Shown here in pieces: positions 22,644 to 34,601 of a stretch of DNA of 64,000 nucleotides (within the stretch, counting starts at the first letter, position 1; every line of letters begins with the position of its first letter). The notes under the pieces are model-generated. The model ran no database searches. It saw nothing but the letters and a program-made list of their open reading frames with translations, and had not been told where the DNA came from. The position numbers and the translations under genes are program-made. This stretch comes from Gemmatimonadota bacterium (GTDB lineage Bacteria; Gemmatimonadota; Gemmatimonadetes; Gemmatimonadales; GWC2-71-9), in assembly GCA_003222115.1 (NCBI GenBank), contig QHUL01000069.1, positions 12,417-76,416 on the forward strand. Direction: 5' to 3'.

Positions 22644-23966
22644 CTAGCGGCGCGCCACGGACACCCCCTCGAGCAACAGCGACGGCGTGTGGCGCGCTCC
22701 GTACCAGCGACCGTCGGTCCCGAACCCGCCGATCCGCTTCAGCAGCTCGTACGCGTTCCCCGCCACGGCGGCATCCTTGACGCGACCGGTGATCTCGCCG
22801 CGCTCGACGCGATAGGCAAGCGCCACCGGGTGACTGAACGCCCCGCCGATCACGTTCCCCTGCCCCACGCCGATCAGCTCGTCCACGACCAAGCCGTCTC
22901 GCACATCGCCCAGCAGGCCACCCCCGAGCTCGCCCACCGCGTCGTCGTTCCCGCTTCCCGCTTCCCCGATGATGATGTTCGTGTACCCCGGCACCGGTTT
23001 GGAGAAGATGCCCCGTTGCCCGTGCCCCGTGCTGCGCGTGTTCGCGCGCGCCGCGGTCTCGAGATCATAGATGAAGCCGCGCACGCTGCCGCGGGCGACG
23101 AGCGGCAGTGGCGCCGACGGCACGCACTCGTCGTCGATGGGGCGCGACGCGGCGCGGCCGGGCCGGAGCGGGTCGTCGGTGACGGAGAACGCGGGGTCGA
23201 ACACCTGCTGCCCCAGCCTGCCGGCGAGGGGCGAGATCCCCTGCAGCACCGCCTTTCCGGAGAGGGCCTGGGTGACGGGCAGGAGGATCGCGGCGAGTCC
23301 CGGCGGCGTGAACACCACCGGCAGCGCCCCCTCCGGCGGCGCGACGATGCGAAGCGCCCGCTCCAAGCGGTCCGTGATCGACCGCACGAGCGCGTCGAGG
23401 CGGTCCTGTGCGGGCAGGTCGCAGCCCTCCCAGCTGTCGCCGATCATCAGCACGTCGTCGCCGGCGAAGCGCCAGATCTCCGCGCTCACGCCGACGGCGG
23501 TCGTCCGGTAGGACGCGTGGGCGCCGGCCGTGTTCGCGACCCGGGTCTCGGAAATGTCGCGCCCGATCCCGACGCTCACCTGGCACCCGTCGCGCGTGAG
23601 GCGCTCGAGCACCCCGCGGCCGATCGCGATCAGGTCGTCGAGCGAGGCGCCGGCGGCCCGATCGAAGTGCGTGGGGACGGGAGGGAGCGGGGCGGCCCCG
23701 GGCAGCGTGAGCTCGACCGTCCCGCCGAGATCGGCCGACGCGAGGGCGCGGTCGACCAACTCGCCGGCTGCCGCGACGGCCGTCGTCCCCGCGGTGCCCA
23801 CGCGGCCGTCCCGCAGCACCCGCAGGCCGATGCCCGCCTCCTCGGTCGCTCCGGCCGCCTTGAGGCGGCCCCAATCGAACGACACGGAGGTGCTCTCCAC
23901 GCGGCGCCAGATGGCGTCCGCCCCCCGCGCGCGGCGCCGGGCGTCGTCGAGCAGCCGCTCGATCAC
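22644..23966 (-). CDS. pmbA: PmbA/TldE-family metalloprotease partner
   Basis: GTG 23966 overlaps the tldD stop. PmbA_TldD family pattern. Paired with tldD. Confidence 0.8.
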   Translation of the reverse strand: MIERLLDDARRRARGADAIWRRVESTSVSFDWGRLKAAGATEEAGIGLRVLRDGRVGTAGTTAVAAAGELVDRALASADLGGTVELTLPGAAPLPPVPTHFDRAAGASLDDLIAIGRGVLERLTRDGCQVSVGIGRDISETRVANTAGAHASYRTTAVGVSAEIWRFAGDDVLMIGDSWEGCDLPAQDRLDALVRSITDRLERALRIVAPPEGALPVVFTPPGLAAILLPVTQALSGKAVLQGISPLAGRLGQQVFDPAFSVTDDPLRPGRAASRPIDDECVPSAPLPLVARGSVRGFIYDLETAARANTRSTGHGQRGIFSKPVPGYTNIIIGEAGSGNDDAVGELGGGLLGDVRDGLVVDELIGVGQGNVIGGAFSHPVALAYRVERGEITGRVKDAAVAGNAYELLKRIGGFGTDGRWYGARHTPSLLLEGVSVARR

Positions 23967-25342
23967 GCCGGGACGTCGCCCCCGATCAGCGCCTCCTCGA
24001 TGCGGACGTGGGGCGCACCCTCGGTCACGGGGAGCGGCCCCTGGCCGGCCTTGCCGCAGCCGCCGCCCATCTGGTTCCAGCGGAAGTCGCCGGCGATGCG
24101 CTCGATCCGGTCGAGCGTCTGGAACAGGTTCCCCGCGAGCACGACGTCCTTGACCAGCTCGGCTTGATGCCCGTCGCGGATCATGCGCCCGTAGGCCGCG
24201 GTGAAGGAGAAGTTTTCGAGCAGCGTCTGACCCCCGAACGCGCCGCAGGCGTAGACGCCGAGCTTGATGTCGCGGATCAGGTCCTCGAACGTCCCTCGCC
24301 CGTTCCCGATGTACGTGTTGGTCATTCGCACGATGGGCGCGTGGCGGAACGACAGCGCGCGTGCGTTGCCCGTCGGCCGCTCACCCAGCCGGGCCGCGGT
24401 CTCCCGCGAGTGCAGGCGGCCGACCAGGACCCCCTCGCGGATGAGCGGCGTGTCCTGCGTTGGCGTGCCCTCGTCGTCGAACGGCAGCGTGCCGCGCAGC
24501 CCGGGCTCGGCGCCGTTGTCGCCCACGTTGAGCACGGGCCGACCGAAGCGCCGGCCCAGCGTCATCATCTCGCGCGCCTGGGGATTCTCGTAGATGAAGT
24601 CCGCCTCCGACAGATGGCCGAACGCCTCGTGGATGAACACGCCGGCCAGCTCGGGATCGAGCACGACGGGGTAGCGGCCGCCCTTCACGCCGGGTGCGTC
24701 GAGCAGCGCGACCGCGCGCTCCGCGGCCGCGCGAAAGCCCGCGCTCCGGCTCTGCGCTCCGGTCCAGCCGCGACGCAGGCCGATGGACTCGAGTCCTTTC
24801 TCGATCGTCCCGTTGCGGCGCGCCACTGCGGTCCCGGACAGGGTGACCTCCGGCCGCAGCTCGTGCAGCATCGCGCCCGCGGAGCTCACGAACCAGTACT
24901 CGGTGACCTCGTCGCGGTAGCTCGCGAGGGTGTCCACGACCCGGTCGCTCACCGCGAGCATCTCGCCGTTGTAGGCCTCGATGAGCCGCTTCTTCTCGGC
25001 GAGCGGCACGCCGCGCACGTCGCCGTCCAGGTCGAGCAGGGCGTCGGCCTCGTGGGGCGGCACGTCGGCGAGGCGGATCGGATCCTCCACCCGGATTGCG
25101 CGCGACAGCTCGGTCGCGCGGGCGACCATCGCCGGGAGCCGCTCCAGCGACGTGAACGAGGCGACGCCCCAGCCGTACCCGCGGTGCAGCGCGCGCACGA
25201 AGCCGCCCTGGTCCTCGGTCGCCGTGGCGGACTCCAGCCGCCGCCCGCGGTACGTGACGGACGAGCCCCAGGTGCGTTCGACGCGGATTTCGGTGTAATC
25301 GGCGCGCGAGGTCCGCAGCGCGTCGAGCAAACGGTCCTTCAC
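23963..25342 (-). CDS. tldD: TldD metalloprotease
   Basis: GTG 25342 overlaps the upstream stop. HEAFGH zinc motif and C-terminal GGGCGK. Confidence 0.88.
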   Translation of the reverse strand: MKDRLLDALRTSRADYTEIRVERTWGSSVTYRGRRLESATATEDQGGFVRALHRGYGWGVASFTSLERLPAMVARATELSRAIRVEDPIRLADVPPHEADALLDLDGDVRGVPLAEKKRLIEAYNGEMLAVSDRVVDTLASYRDEVTEYWFVSSAGAMLHELRPEVTLSGTAVARRNGTIEKGLESIGLRRGWTGAQSRSAGFRAAAERAVALLDAPGVKGGRYPVVLDPELAGVFIHEAFGHLSEADFIYENPQAREMMTLGRRFGRPVLNVGDNGAEPGLRGTLPFDDEGTPTQDTPLIREGVLVGRLHSRETAARLGERPTGNARALSFRHAPIVRMTNTYIGNGRGTFEDLIRDIKLGVYACGAFGGQTLLENFSFTAAYGRMIRDGHQAELVKDVVLAGNLFQTLDRIERIAGDFRWNQMGGGCGKAGQGPLPVTEGAPHVRIEEALIGGDVPA

Positions 25343-25890
25343 TCCGCGAGTTCCCGCAACTTCTCCGCGTAGTCGGGCCGCATCACGATCTCCCCACCCA
25401 CGATCACCTCGCGGTCCCAGGGGAGGATGATGAAGTTCTCGCTTTCGAGGGCGTAGAAGTCCGGCTTGAAGTCGCCGGTGCGGAAGGAGACGGCGGTCTT
25501 GACGGCCGCGGGCTGGAGCTCGCGCACCGCCGCCAGCGCGAGCTTCATGGTGTCGCCCGTGTCGCAGGTCTCGTCCACGATCAGCACCCGCCGCCCGGCG
25601 ACGAGGCGCGGCGGACCCGCGATCACGACCGGGCGCGACCCGCCCGCCTCGCGAGTGATGGTCATGGATGCGAAGTCGCGCTGCAAGATGCTCGCGACCA
25701 CGGAACCCGGGATGGCCCCGGCCTTGGCGATCCCGATCACGAGCTCCGGGTCGTAGTCGCGGAAGATCTTGAGCGCCAGCGCCCGGCACAGCTCGCCGAA
25801 GAACGGCCAGTCCACCTGGAGGACACCGCGGGGTGGCTGCCGAGTGGTGCGCACGTTCTGCGGGGTAGGGCGCAGCGGCGTGGGGGACAT
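25339..25890 (-). CDS. Phosphoribosyltransferase (purine PRT-like)
   Basis: PRPP-binding loop VLIVDETCDTGDTM. Confidence 0.7.
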   Translation of the reverse strand: MSPTPLRPTPQNVRTTRQPPRGVLQVDWPFFGELCRALALKIFRDYDPELVIGIAKAGAIPGSVVASILQRDFASMTITREAGGSRPVVIAGPPRLVAGRRVLIVDETCDTGDTMKLALAAVRELQPAAVKTAVSFRTGDFKPDFYALESENFIILPWDREVIVGGEIVMRPDYAEKLRELAE

Positions 25891-25942
25891 AGGCTGAGAA
25901 GCTACATTGCGAACGTCCGCAGCCGCAAGCTATTTTCGGCGC

Positions 25943-26404
25943 ATGGGTTTCTGGCGCCGCCTCTTCGGCGGCTCATCGGGCGATGAGCTCAAACCCCAGC
26001 GCCTCGACTACTTGAACGAAGCGCTCGCACTCGAGCGCCAAGGCGACTACGAAGCGGCGCTCACCTCCTACCGTCTGGCGCTGCGCGACCATCCCAACGA
26101 CGCCCGCATCCTGCAGAACATGGCGATCGCGTTCACGAAGACGCGGCGCCTCGACGAGGCGATCCGGCACTACCGGCGGGCCCTGGAGCTCGACAACGGG
26201 CTGGCGGGGGCCCACTACGGGCTCGCCTTCCTGCTGCTGAAGCGCGGCGATCCCGACGGCGCCGCCCAGCACCTGCGGGCGTTCCTGGCGCATCCGCCCA
26301 GGGGGCCCGACGCGCAAAGGTGGATCGAGCACGCCACCCAGGCCCTGCGCGACCTCGGGTCGTCCGGCGGGTCTCCCGAGGCAGTATCGGCGGAGGCGCC
26401 GTGA
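25943..26404 (+). CDS. TPR-repeat protein
   Basis: ATG 25943. TPR-like repeats (EALALERQGDYEAALTSYRLAL..., EAIRHYRRALELD...). Confidence 0.65.
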   Translation: MGFWRRLFGGSSGDELKPQRLDYLNEALALERQGDYEAALTSYRLALRDHPNDARILQNMAIAFTKTRRLDEAIRHYRRALELDNGLAGAHYGLAFLLLKRGDPDGAAQHLRAFLAHPPRGPDAQRWIEHATQALRDLGSSGGSPEAVSAEAP

Positions 26405-27128
26405 CCCGGTGGGGCCCGCGCGGGGCGGGCGCGCTGGCGCTCGCCCTGGCGGCGGCCGCTGCGTGCGGGAAACTGGGGCCCGACTTCAACCAAGTGGTCG
26501 CGATCGAGGTGGCCGCGCTGGACAGCGTGGAAGAGGTCGACACCCTTCGCCCCCAAGCGCGCGCACTCGACGGCCGGGGCGACGCCGTGTCCACCGCCAT
26601 CGCTTGGGCCACGGTGGACACGGCCGCCTTCCTCGAGGTCGTGGACCCCACCACCGGGGTGACCGCCGCCGAGCGCTCCGGCACGGGCCACCTCCAGGCC
26701 CGGGTCGGCGCGCTGCGGAGCAACCTGCTCACCGTCCGTGTCCTGGCCGCGGCCGACACCGTCTTCGCCGCCACACCGCCGCCCACGACCGTGACCCTCT
26801 CGGCCCCGGATTCCCTTTCCGATTCCCTCGGCGTCCTGCTCCAGGACACGACCGCTGCGGGCCCGGTGAATCTCACGGGCCGACCCATCGTCTTCACCCT
26901 CACGACCTATCCCGCTGGCACCGGGCCGGCGACGCTGGTCACGAGCCCCACCGCCTACGCGCTCGTCACGACCGACACGGTGGCCACGAGCGCGGGGCTC
27001 GCCGCAGTGCAGGTACGGATTCTCCCCGGCACGCCGCCGGACCACGTAGTCGTCGAGGCAACCGCCACACGGGCCGTGGGAACCCCGGTGCTCGGCTCTC
27101 CGGTCAGTTTCGTCGTCGTGGTGCAGCC

Positions 27129-27132
<4 letters not shown>
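26401..27132 (+). CDS. Lipoprotein with Ig-like (Big_2-type) domains
   Basis: GTG 26401 overlaps the upstream stop. Signal plus lipobox ALAAAAACG. Big_2-like IAWATVDTAAFLEVVDPTTGVTAAERSGTGHLQARVG. Confidence 0.55.
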
Positions 27133-28942
<1,810 letters not shown>

Positions 28943-28946
<4 letters not shown>

Positions 28947-29539
28947 CTCTTTTCGCCGACGACGAGGCCGTGACCGGCGCCCAGCCCCCTGACGCCGTCC
29001 GGGAGCGCCGCGCCCTCGTCCTCGATGACGAGCCGCCTCCCCCGCAGCAGCACCCGCTGCGCCTCCGCGATCCACGGCGCCCGCGCCAGGTCCGCCCCCA
29101 CGACGACGCCGCGGGCGATGGACGGTCGCAGCGGGATGATGGTGGCGCACTCGAGCAGGCTGAGCACCGGCAGCTCCTCCGCGCCCGGCGGGGCGTTCGT
29201 ACCCACGAAGTGAATGCCGTCGATCAGGCCGGCCAATCCGACCGCGTGGCGTGTCGCGCTGCCCAGGAGTACGACGTAGCCGCCCGGGCCCGAGAGATCG
29301 AGCAGCGCCTGGAGCGTCCCCGCATCGGCTGGGCGCGCGCCCCTCACCCCTTCCGCCTTTCCCCTCCCGCGCGTGAAGTACACGACGCCCTTCACGATCG
29401 GGTATTCCTTGCGACAAACGGGGCAGCCGACCAGCCCGGTCCGCACCATGCGTCCCGCCATCTCGCCCGTGGAGAGCACGAGCGGATCCGCCTGGTGCGA
29501 CTCCGGGCAGCGCAGCAGCTCCGTCAGCTCAATGTGCAT
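28943..29539 (-). CDS. Trm112-like zinc-ribbon N-terminus plus methyltransferase-like domain protein
   Basis: LLRCP...CPVCRKEYPIVKGV, followed by LLDLSGPGGYVVLLG. Function uncertain. Confidence 0.4.
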
Positions 29540-31460
29540 CGCCGCCGAAGACCACCCAAGTGAGGCTGTTGGCCTCGACGCGCACGCGCTGGCTCAATCG
29601 CTGCCCGTCCACCACGACCGCCAGGGTGTAGTCCCCGGGCGGCACGTCGCCGATGGCGAAGTGCTCCTGGTACGCCGGATCGGAGTGAGCGCGCTCGCCG
29701 TAGGTCTCGACGTAGGAGAACGGCGTCTCCTGGGGCTCGGCCTTGGTCAGGCCGAAGATGCGGGCCTGCCGGACGGGCTCCCCGCGACCGTCCCACACCT
29801 GCCCCGCGACCACGCCCGTCCCGGGTAACGGGCTGATCCACAACTCCGGGTTCGCCGTGTAGCGGGGGAACCGCTCGCCCGGATCCACGATGAGGGGCAC
29901 GGAGTCCGTCGCCGCCGCGTGGACCTCGAGGTGCAGGTGGTCGTTCGTGGCTCGGCCCGTATTGCCGACCCTCGCGATCACGTCGCCGGCTTTGACCCGA
30001 CCGCCCACTGCGGCGAGCAACTTGGAGTTGTGGTAGTAGGTGGAAAAGACAAAGCGCTGTCCGCCGTCAGCTTTCAGGTTGCGGTCGTGTCTGATCGCGA
30101 CTGTCAGCGAGCCCGACTCGGCGGGTCCCGCGAACACCACGACGCCGTCCCCGATCGCGTGGACCGGCGTGCCGTCGGGAGCGTTGAACTCGACGCCTTG
30201 ATGCTGCTGGAAGGCCCCACCCATCGTCGAGCCGTAGCGGTACGTCTGATCGATGTACGCCTGGTCGTCGAGGGCGATGGGCCGCTGGAACCACGTGTGC
30301 TTGAGCCCCTGCGTGTTCGTGTCCGCCGGGGGGCGGTACGTCACGCCCACCAGCGTCAACCCCTGGTCGAAGCGGCAGCTCGCCAGGCCCGTGGGGCGAC
30401 CCACGGCGTACCAGCCGGCCGAGAGGGGCAGGAACGCGGTGGCCATCCTGACGGGATCGCAGATGCTGAGCGGGTCGTCGTAGCGGAACACCCCTCCCGG
30501 TGTGGCCGCGTACACGTCGCGGGGCGGCGCACGGTCCAGCCGCTGCACGGGCGGAATGTCGGCGCGGCACTTCTTGATGATGGGCCCGCGCCCGCAGTTG
30601 GCGCGCCCCCGCCGGTCCACCCAGAGGCCGCGCGTCGGGTCGAGGCGGTACAAACCCCGCTCGGTGCCCACCCACACGCCGCCCGAGTCGGCGGCGAGCG
30701 CGCGGATCCGGTTGACGCAGCGGGCGGGATCGCAGGGCGAGGGCTCCGGGAACTCGCTCCAGGTGCGCCCGCCGTCGGCCGAGCGCGCCAGCCCGCGCAG
30801 GTGCGCCGCCCACAGGCTCCCGTCCGGCCCGGCGGCGAGCGCGAGGACGTACTGGCTCGCGATCCGGCCGACGACGTGCGGCGCCGTCGCCGCACCGGCG
30901 GAGTCCGTGATCTCCGCCCAGGTCGCACCGCGGTCCCCGGTCAGTTTGATCCCGTCCGCCGTGGCCACGTAGACGGTGTCGCCCCGCGTGACGATGCCGT
31001 TGGGCGTCACGTACTGCCACTCCGGGCCGAGCTGCGTCAGCTCCCAATTGGTCCAGGTCTTGCCGCCGTCCGTGGAGAGGCCCCAGCCGTTACCGACGGT
31101 GCCGTACCAGATGGCGCCCCGCGGCCCGAATCCGAACGCCTGGACGAAGTCCCAGGAGATCGAGTGGGCGGCGGTGTCCACGTTGTGGCCGCTGTGCTCC
31201 CAGGTCCCCGCGCCCGGCCGCAGGACATAGATCCCCTGACCGTAGGTCCCGACCCAGACGGCGCCGTCCGGCGCCCGCGCGAGCGCGAGCACGTGCACGC
31301 CGAAGCCGGTCGTGTCGGGCAGGGGCGGGAGCGCCTGGGCGGTGGCGGTGCCGAGTGGAGCCACGGCCAGCAGGGAGAGAAGTGCGGAGTGCGGAATGCG
31401 GAATGCGGAGTGATCGCCGGCGACCAGCCGGTGGCCAGGTAGCTGCGGCTCGCCCCGCAT
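29529..31460 (-). CDS. Secreted M23 metallopeptidase with N-terminal propeller-like repeats
   Basis: M23 core ...GNTGRATNDHLHLEVH. Repeats DGGKTW and DGGRTW. Signal h-region LLSLLAVAPLGTATAQA. Start is uncertain (31460 or 31490) because it lies within a hairpin. Confidence 0.8.
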   Translation of the reverse strand: MRGEPQLPGHRLVAGDHSAFRIPHSALLSLLAVAPLGTATAQALPPLPDTTGFGVHVLALARAPDGAVWVGTYGQGIYVLRPGAGTWEHSGHNVDTAAHSISWDFVQAFGFGPRGAIWYGTVGNGWGLSTDGGKTWTNWELTQLGPEWQYVTPNGIVTRGDTVYVATADGIKLTGDRGATWAEITDSAGAATAPHVVGRIASQYVLALAAGPDGSLWAAHLRGLARSADGGRTWSEFPEPSPCDPARCVNRIRALAADSGGVWVGTERGLYRLDPTRGLWVDRRGRANCGRGPIIKKCRADIPPVQRLDRAPPRDVYAATPGGVFRYDDPLSICDPVRMATAFLPLSAGWYAVGRPTGLASCRFDQGLTLVGVTYRPPADTNTQGLKHTWFQRPIALDDQAYIDQTYRYGSTMGGAFQQHQGVEFNAPDGTPVHAIGDGVVVFAGPAESGSLTVAIRHDRNLKADGGQRFVFSTYYHNSKLLAAVGGRVKAGDVIARVGNTGRATNDHLHLEVHAAATDSVPLIVDPGERFPRYTANPELWISPLPGTGVVAGQVWDGRGEPVRQARIFGLTKAEPQETPFSYVETYGERAHSDPAYQEHFAIGDVPPGDYTLAVVVDGQRLSQRVRVEANSLTWVVFGGDAH

Positions 31461-31490
31461 ACTCCGCATTCCGCACTCCGCATTCCGCAT
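31382..31490. repeat. Tandem-heptamer hairpin (unit TGCGGAR) spanning the 5' end of the M23 gene
   Basis: Left arm 31382-31412 and right arm 31456-31490. Same unit as 10211 and 37174. Confidence 0.9.
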
Positions 31491-31494
31491 TGGT

Positions 31495-32220
31495 TCAGCC
31501 TCGCGCCGTATAGACCGTCGGCATCAGCCGGATCTCCGTGATGTCGAGCCGCGGGGGCCGGGTCACGGCGAACACCACCGCGTCGGCGACGTCCTCGGCC
31601 CGCATCATGTCCTGGCGCTTCGTGAACCCGGGCTGGGAGTCCGGGTCGATCGGGTCCCACATGTCCGTGTCGACGGGCCCCGGTGAGACGAGGGTGGTGC
31701 GCACCCCGGTGCGCGCCAGCTCCGTGCGCAGCACCTCGTGCATCCCCCGCAGTCCGTATTTGCTCGCGGCGTAGGCGCTCGAGCCCGCATACGGCACGTG
31801 GTCGGACACCGAGCCGATCGTCACGACGTGGCCGCTGCCGCGCCGCACCAGATGCGGGACGAGCGCGCGTGCGATCAGAAACGGGGCGGTGAGATTGACC
31901 GTGAGCGCGCGCGCGAACTCCTCCGGGCTCGTCTCCGCCACCGGCTTGATGAAGAAGATCCCGGCGTTGTTCACTACGACGTCCGGGGCGCCCGGGTCGG
32001 CGACGACGCGGGCGACCGCCCGCTCCACCGCGGCCCTGTCCCCGACGTCGCACCGCAGGTCGGTGCGGCGCTCCGCGCCGCCGTCGGAGAGCGAGCGCGC
32101 TAGCCGCACCACGTGAGCGCCGGCGGCGTGCAGGGCGTTCGCGACGGCGAGCCCGATCCCTCGCGATGCGCCCGTGACCAGCGCGATCTTCCCGGCGAGC
32201 GGCGCGCCGCCCCGGCTCAC
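31495..32220 (-). CDS. Short-chain dehydrogenase/reductase
   Basis: GTG 32220 overlaps the folE stop. [19 protein letters not shown]. Confidence 0.88.
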   Translation of the reverse strand: MSRGGAPLAGKIALVTGASRGIGLAVANALHAAGAHVVRLARSLSDGGAERRTDLRCDVGDRAAVERAVARVVADPGAPDVVVNNAGIFFIKPVAETSPEEFARALTVNLTAPFLIARALVPHLVRRGSGHVVTIGSVSDHVPYAGSSAYAASKYGLRGMHEVLRTELARTGVRTTLVSPGPVDTDMWDPIDPDSQPGFTKRQDMMRAEDVADAVVFAVTRPPRLDITEIRLMPTVYTARG

Positions 32221-32873
32221 TCGAGGCCCCGGCCGCCGTGCACCAGCCGCAGGAACTCGTCGCGCGTCTTCGCGTCCTCGAGCAGCGCGCCGCGCAGCGC
32301 GCTCGTCACCGTCTTGGAGTTCTGCTTCTCGACCCCGCGCATCATCATGCACAGATGGTACGCCTCGATCACGACGCCCACGCCGCGCGGATCCAACACC
32401 TCCATGAACGCGTCCGCCACCTGATCGGTGAGCCGTTCCTGCACCTGGAGCCGCCGCGCGAACACCTCGATCACCCGGGGGATCTTCGACAGGCCCACGA
32501 GCCGCCCGTTCGGGAGGTACGCGACGTGTGCCTTCCCGAAAAACGGCAACAGGTGGTGCTCGCACAGGGAGTAGATCTCGATGTCCCGCACGCACACGAG
32601 GTTGTCGTGCCGCTCCGAGTACAGCGCGTCGCCGATCACGTCCGCCACGGACATGCCGTAGCCGCGGGTCAGCCACTTGAGCGATGCCTCGACCCGCGCC
32701 GGGGTCTGGCGCAGACCTTCGCGCGCGGTATCCTCGCCCAGCTGCCCGAGCAGCTCTCGCACCAGCACCTCGAACGGCGTCCGTCCCGCAGCCGCCGTCG
32801 CCGCCGGCAGCGGTTCGACGTGCTCCTCGTGCAAGCTGTGCAGGCTGGACGACTTCACCTTGTCACGTCTCAT
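32217..32873 (-). CDS. folE: GTP cyclohydrolase I
   Basis: [30 protein letters not shown]. Confidence 0.93.
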   Translation of the reverse strand: MRRDKVKSSSLHSLHEEHVEPLPAATAAAGRTPFEVLVRELLGQLGEDTAREGLRQTPARVEASLKWLTRGYGMSVADVIGDALYSERHDNLVCVRDIEIYSLCEHHLLPFFGKAHVAYLPNGRLVGLSKIPRVIEVFARRLQVQERLTDQVADAFMEVLDPRGVGVVIEAYHLCMMMRGVEKQNSKTVTSALRGALLEDAKTRDEFLRLVHGGRGLE

Positions 32874-32970
32874 GGTAGTCCACGTAGTTGCGACCCGTCT
32901 TCCACAGGCGGATCCGTTTGACGGCGGCCGTCTTGTTGGGCCTCCCAGGCAGGACTATCTTCGCTCGCAC

Positions 32971-34185
32971 GTGAAACTAAAGGTACTCGCTTCCCTGTCC
33001 ACGGCGGGAGCCTCGGCGGTGTCCGCCCTGTGGACGTTCCCGAGCATCCTGGGTTCGGCGTTCCTCGTCGCCTGGGCTGCGGAAGCGGCGCAATTCCTGA
33101 TTTCCCAGGGCCTCGCACTCGCCATCCTCGCCTGGCTGCAGACCCTGCCCGAATTCGCCGTCGAAGCCGTCATCGCCTGGGAAGCGGGGCGCGACGCCGA
33201 GCGCGCCCACCTCGCGATCGCGAACCTCACCGGCGCCATCCGCCTGCTGCTGGGCCTCGGCTGGCCCATGATCTACGCGGTGTTCGCGACGGCGGGTCGC
33301 CACAAGGCGGTAGGGGCGCAGCATGCTGCGCCCCTACTCCCCGCGATCCAGCTCGAGCGCGAGCACGCCGTCGAGATCGTCGGGCTCGTGCCGCCGCTCT
33401 TGTATTTCATCGTCATCCTGGTCAAGCAGAGCCTCACCTGGGTGGACGCGCTCGTGCTGTGCGCCCTGTACCTCGCCTACCTCTGGGTGCTGCTCCGCAA
33501 CCCGGCCCACCAGATGGAGCAGCTGGAATACGCCCCTGCCGTGTCGCGCTGGGCCGTGCGCCAACGGGGGTGGCGCCGGACGGCCGCCATCGGGGGCCTG
33601 TTCGCCGCGGGCGGCGGGCTGCTCTACGCGAGCGCGCACCCCTTCCTCGAGTCCATGCTGGCGCTCGCCGGGCTGCTCGGCGTCAGCCAGTTCGTGCTGG
33701 TGCAGTGGGTGGCGCCCTTTCTCTCCGAGTTTCCGGAGAAGGTCTCCGCCTTTTATTGGGCGCGCCGGGTCACGCACGCGCCGATGGCCCTGATGAACAT
33801 GGTGTCCAGCAACATCAACCAGTGGACGGTGCTGGCGGCGATGATCCCCCTCGTCTACGGATACTCGAGCCTCCGCCACCACGGCGTCTGGATGGATTTT
33901 CACTTCGATGCCGCGCAGCGTCTCGAGATCCTGCTGACGCTCCTGCAAACGGCGCTCGGCATGATGCTGCTCGCGAATATGGAGTTCGACTGGCTCGACG
34001 CCACCATCATCTTCGTGCTGTGGCTGGCGCAGTTTCTGCACCCGGATTGGCGGGAACAGGTGGCGGTCGCCTACGGCCTCTGGATGGTGATTCTCGGGAT
34101 CGGGTTCGTGGTGCGAGGGAAGCCGTTGCTGGCGCCCAAGTACTTCTGGGAGACGCTCAAAGCGCGATCGGCCGGCACCGCCTAA
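32971..34185 (+). CDS. CaCA-like cation antiporter family membrane protein
   Basis: GTG 32971. Two internally similar halves with LQTLPEFAVE and PFLSEFPEKV. Polytopic. Confidence 0.45.
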   Translation: MKLKVLASLSTAGASAVSALWTFPSILGSAFLVAWAAEAAQFLISQGLALAILAWLQTLPEFAVEAVIAWEAGRDAERAHLAIANLTGAIRLLLGLGWPMIYAVFATAGRHKAVGAQHAAPLLPAIQLEREHAVEIVGLVPPLLYFIVILVKQSLTWVDALVLCALYLAYLWVLLRNPAHQMEQLEYAPAVSRWAVRQRGWRRTAAIGGLFAAGGGLLYASAHPFLESMLALAGLLGVSQFVLVQWVAPFLSEFPEKVSAFYWARRVTHAPMALMNMVSSNINQWTVLAAMIPLVYGYSSLRHHGVWMDFHFDAAQRLEILLTLLQTALGMMLLANMEFDWLDATIIFVLWLAQFLHPDWREQVAVAYGLWMVILGIGFVVRGKPLLAPKYFWETLKARSAGTA

Positions 34186-34419
34186 CGCGGGCCGGCCGAC
34201 CGGTTACGACAGGAACGGAGAGGATTATTGAAGCCCGAAAGAAATGACTGGTCCCTCACCATGGCGTCTGCCTTCCCCACGAGGGGGCCTGACATCGGTC
34301 ACAGTATCCGGGTCCACGATCGAGCTTGTTGGCTCAATAATTGAGCTCCCCGTCCCTAAGCGAACATACCGCACCGGGAAGAAAGGTCAAGGAAGGTCCC
34401 ACACCAGGAAGGAGCGACA

Positions 34420-34581
34420 ATGAACCTCACTCTCGTCGCCGCGGTGGTCCTGCTCGGCGCCTGGCTCGTGCTCGTGTTCCACGCCCATAGCGAGAGCGGA
34501 GCGGTCCACATCCTCTACGCCGCAGGCACGGTGCTGCTGGCGCGGCGCGTGCTCGTGGGCGCGCCCCGGTTTCGGTCCTGA
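34420..34581 (+). CDS. Small (53 aa) two-helix membrane protein, absent from the ORF track
   Basis: ATG 34420 follows GGAAGGAG with 5-nt spacing. Sequence MNLTLVAAVVLLGAWLVLVF...ILYAAGTVLLARRVLVG. Confidence 0.5.
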   Translation: MNLTLVAAVVLLGAWLVLVFHAHSESGAVHILYAAGTVLLARRVLVGAPRFRS

Positions 34582-34601
34582 CCGAGGGTCGGAGGGCCTC
34601 G

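Noticed and set aside
25916-25930. Solo CCGCAGCCGCAAGC, resembling the CCGYAAG unit, in the PRT/TPR divergent gap.
   Set aside because: Only about 1.5 units are present and there is no complementary arm. This is too little to call; it may be a relic.
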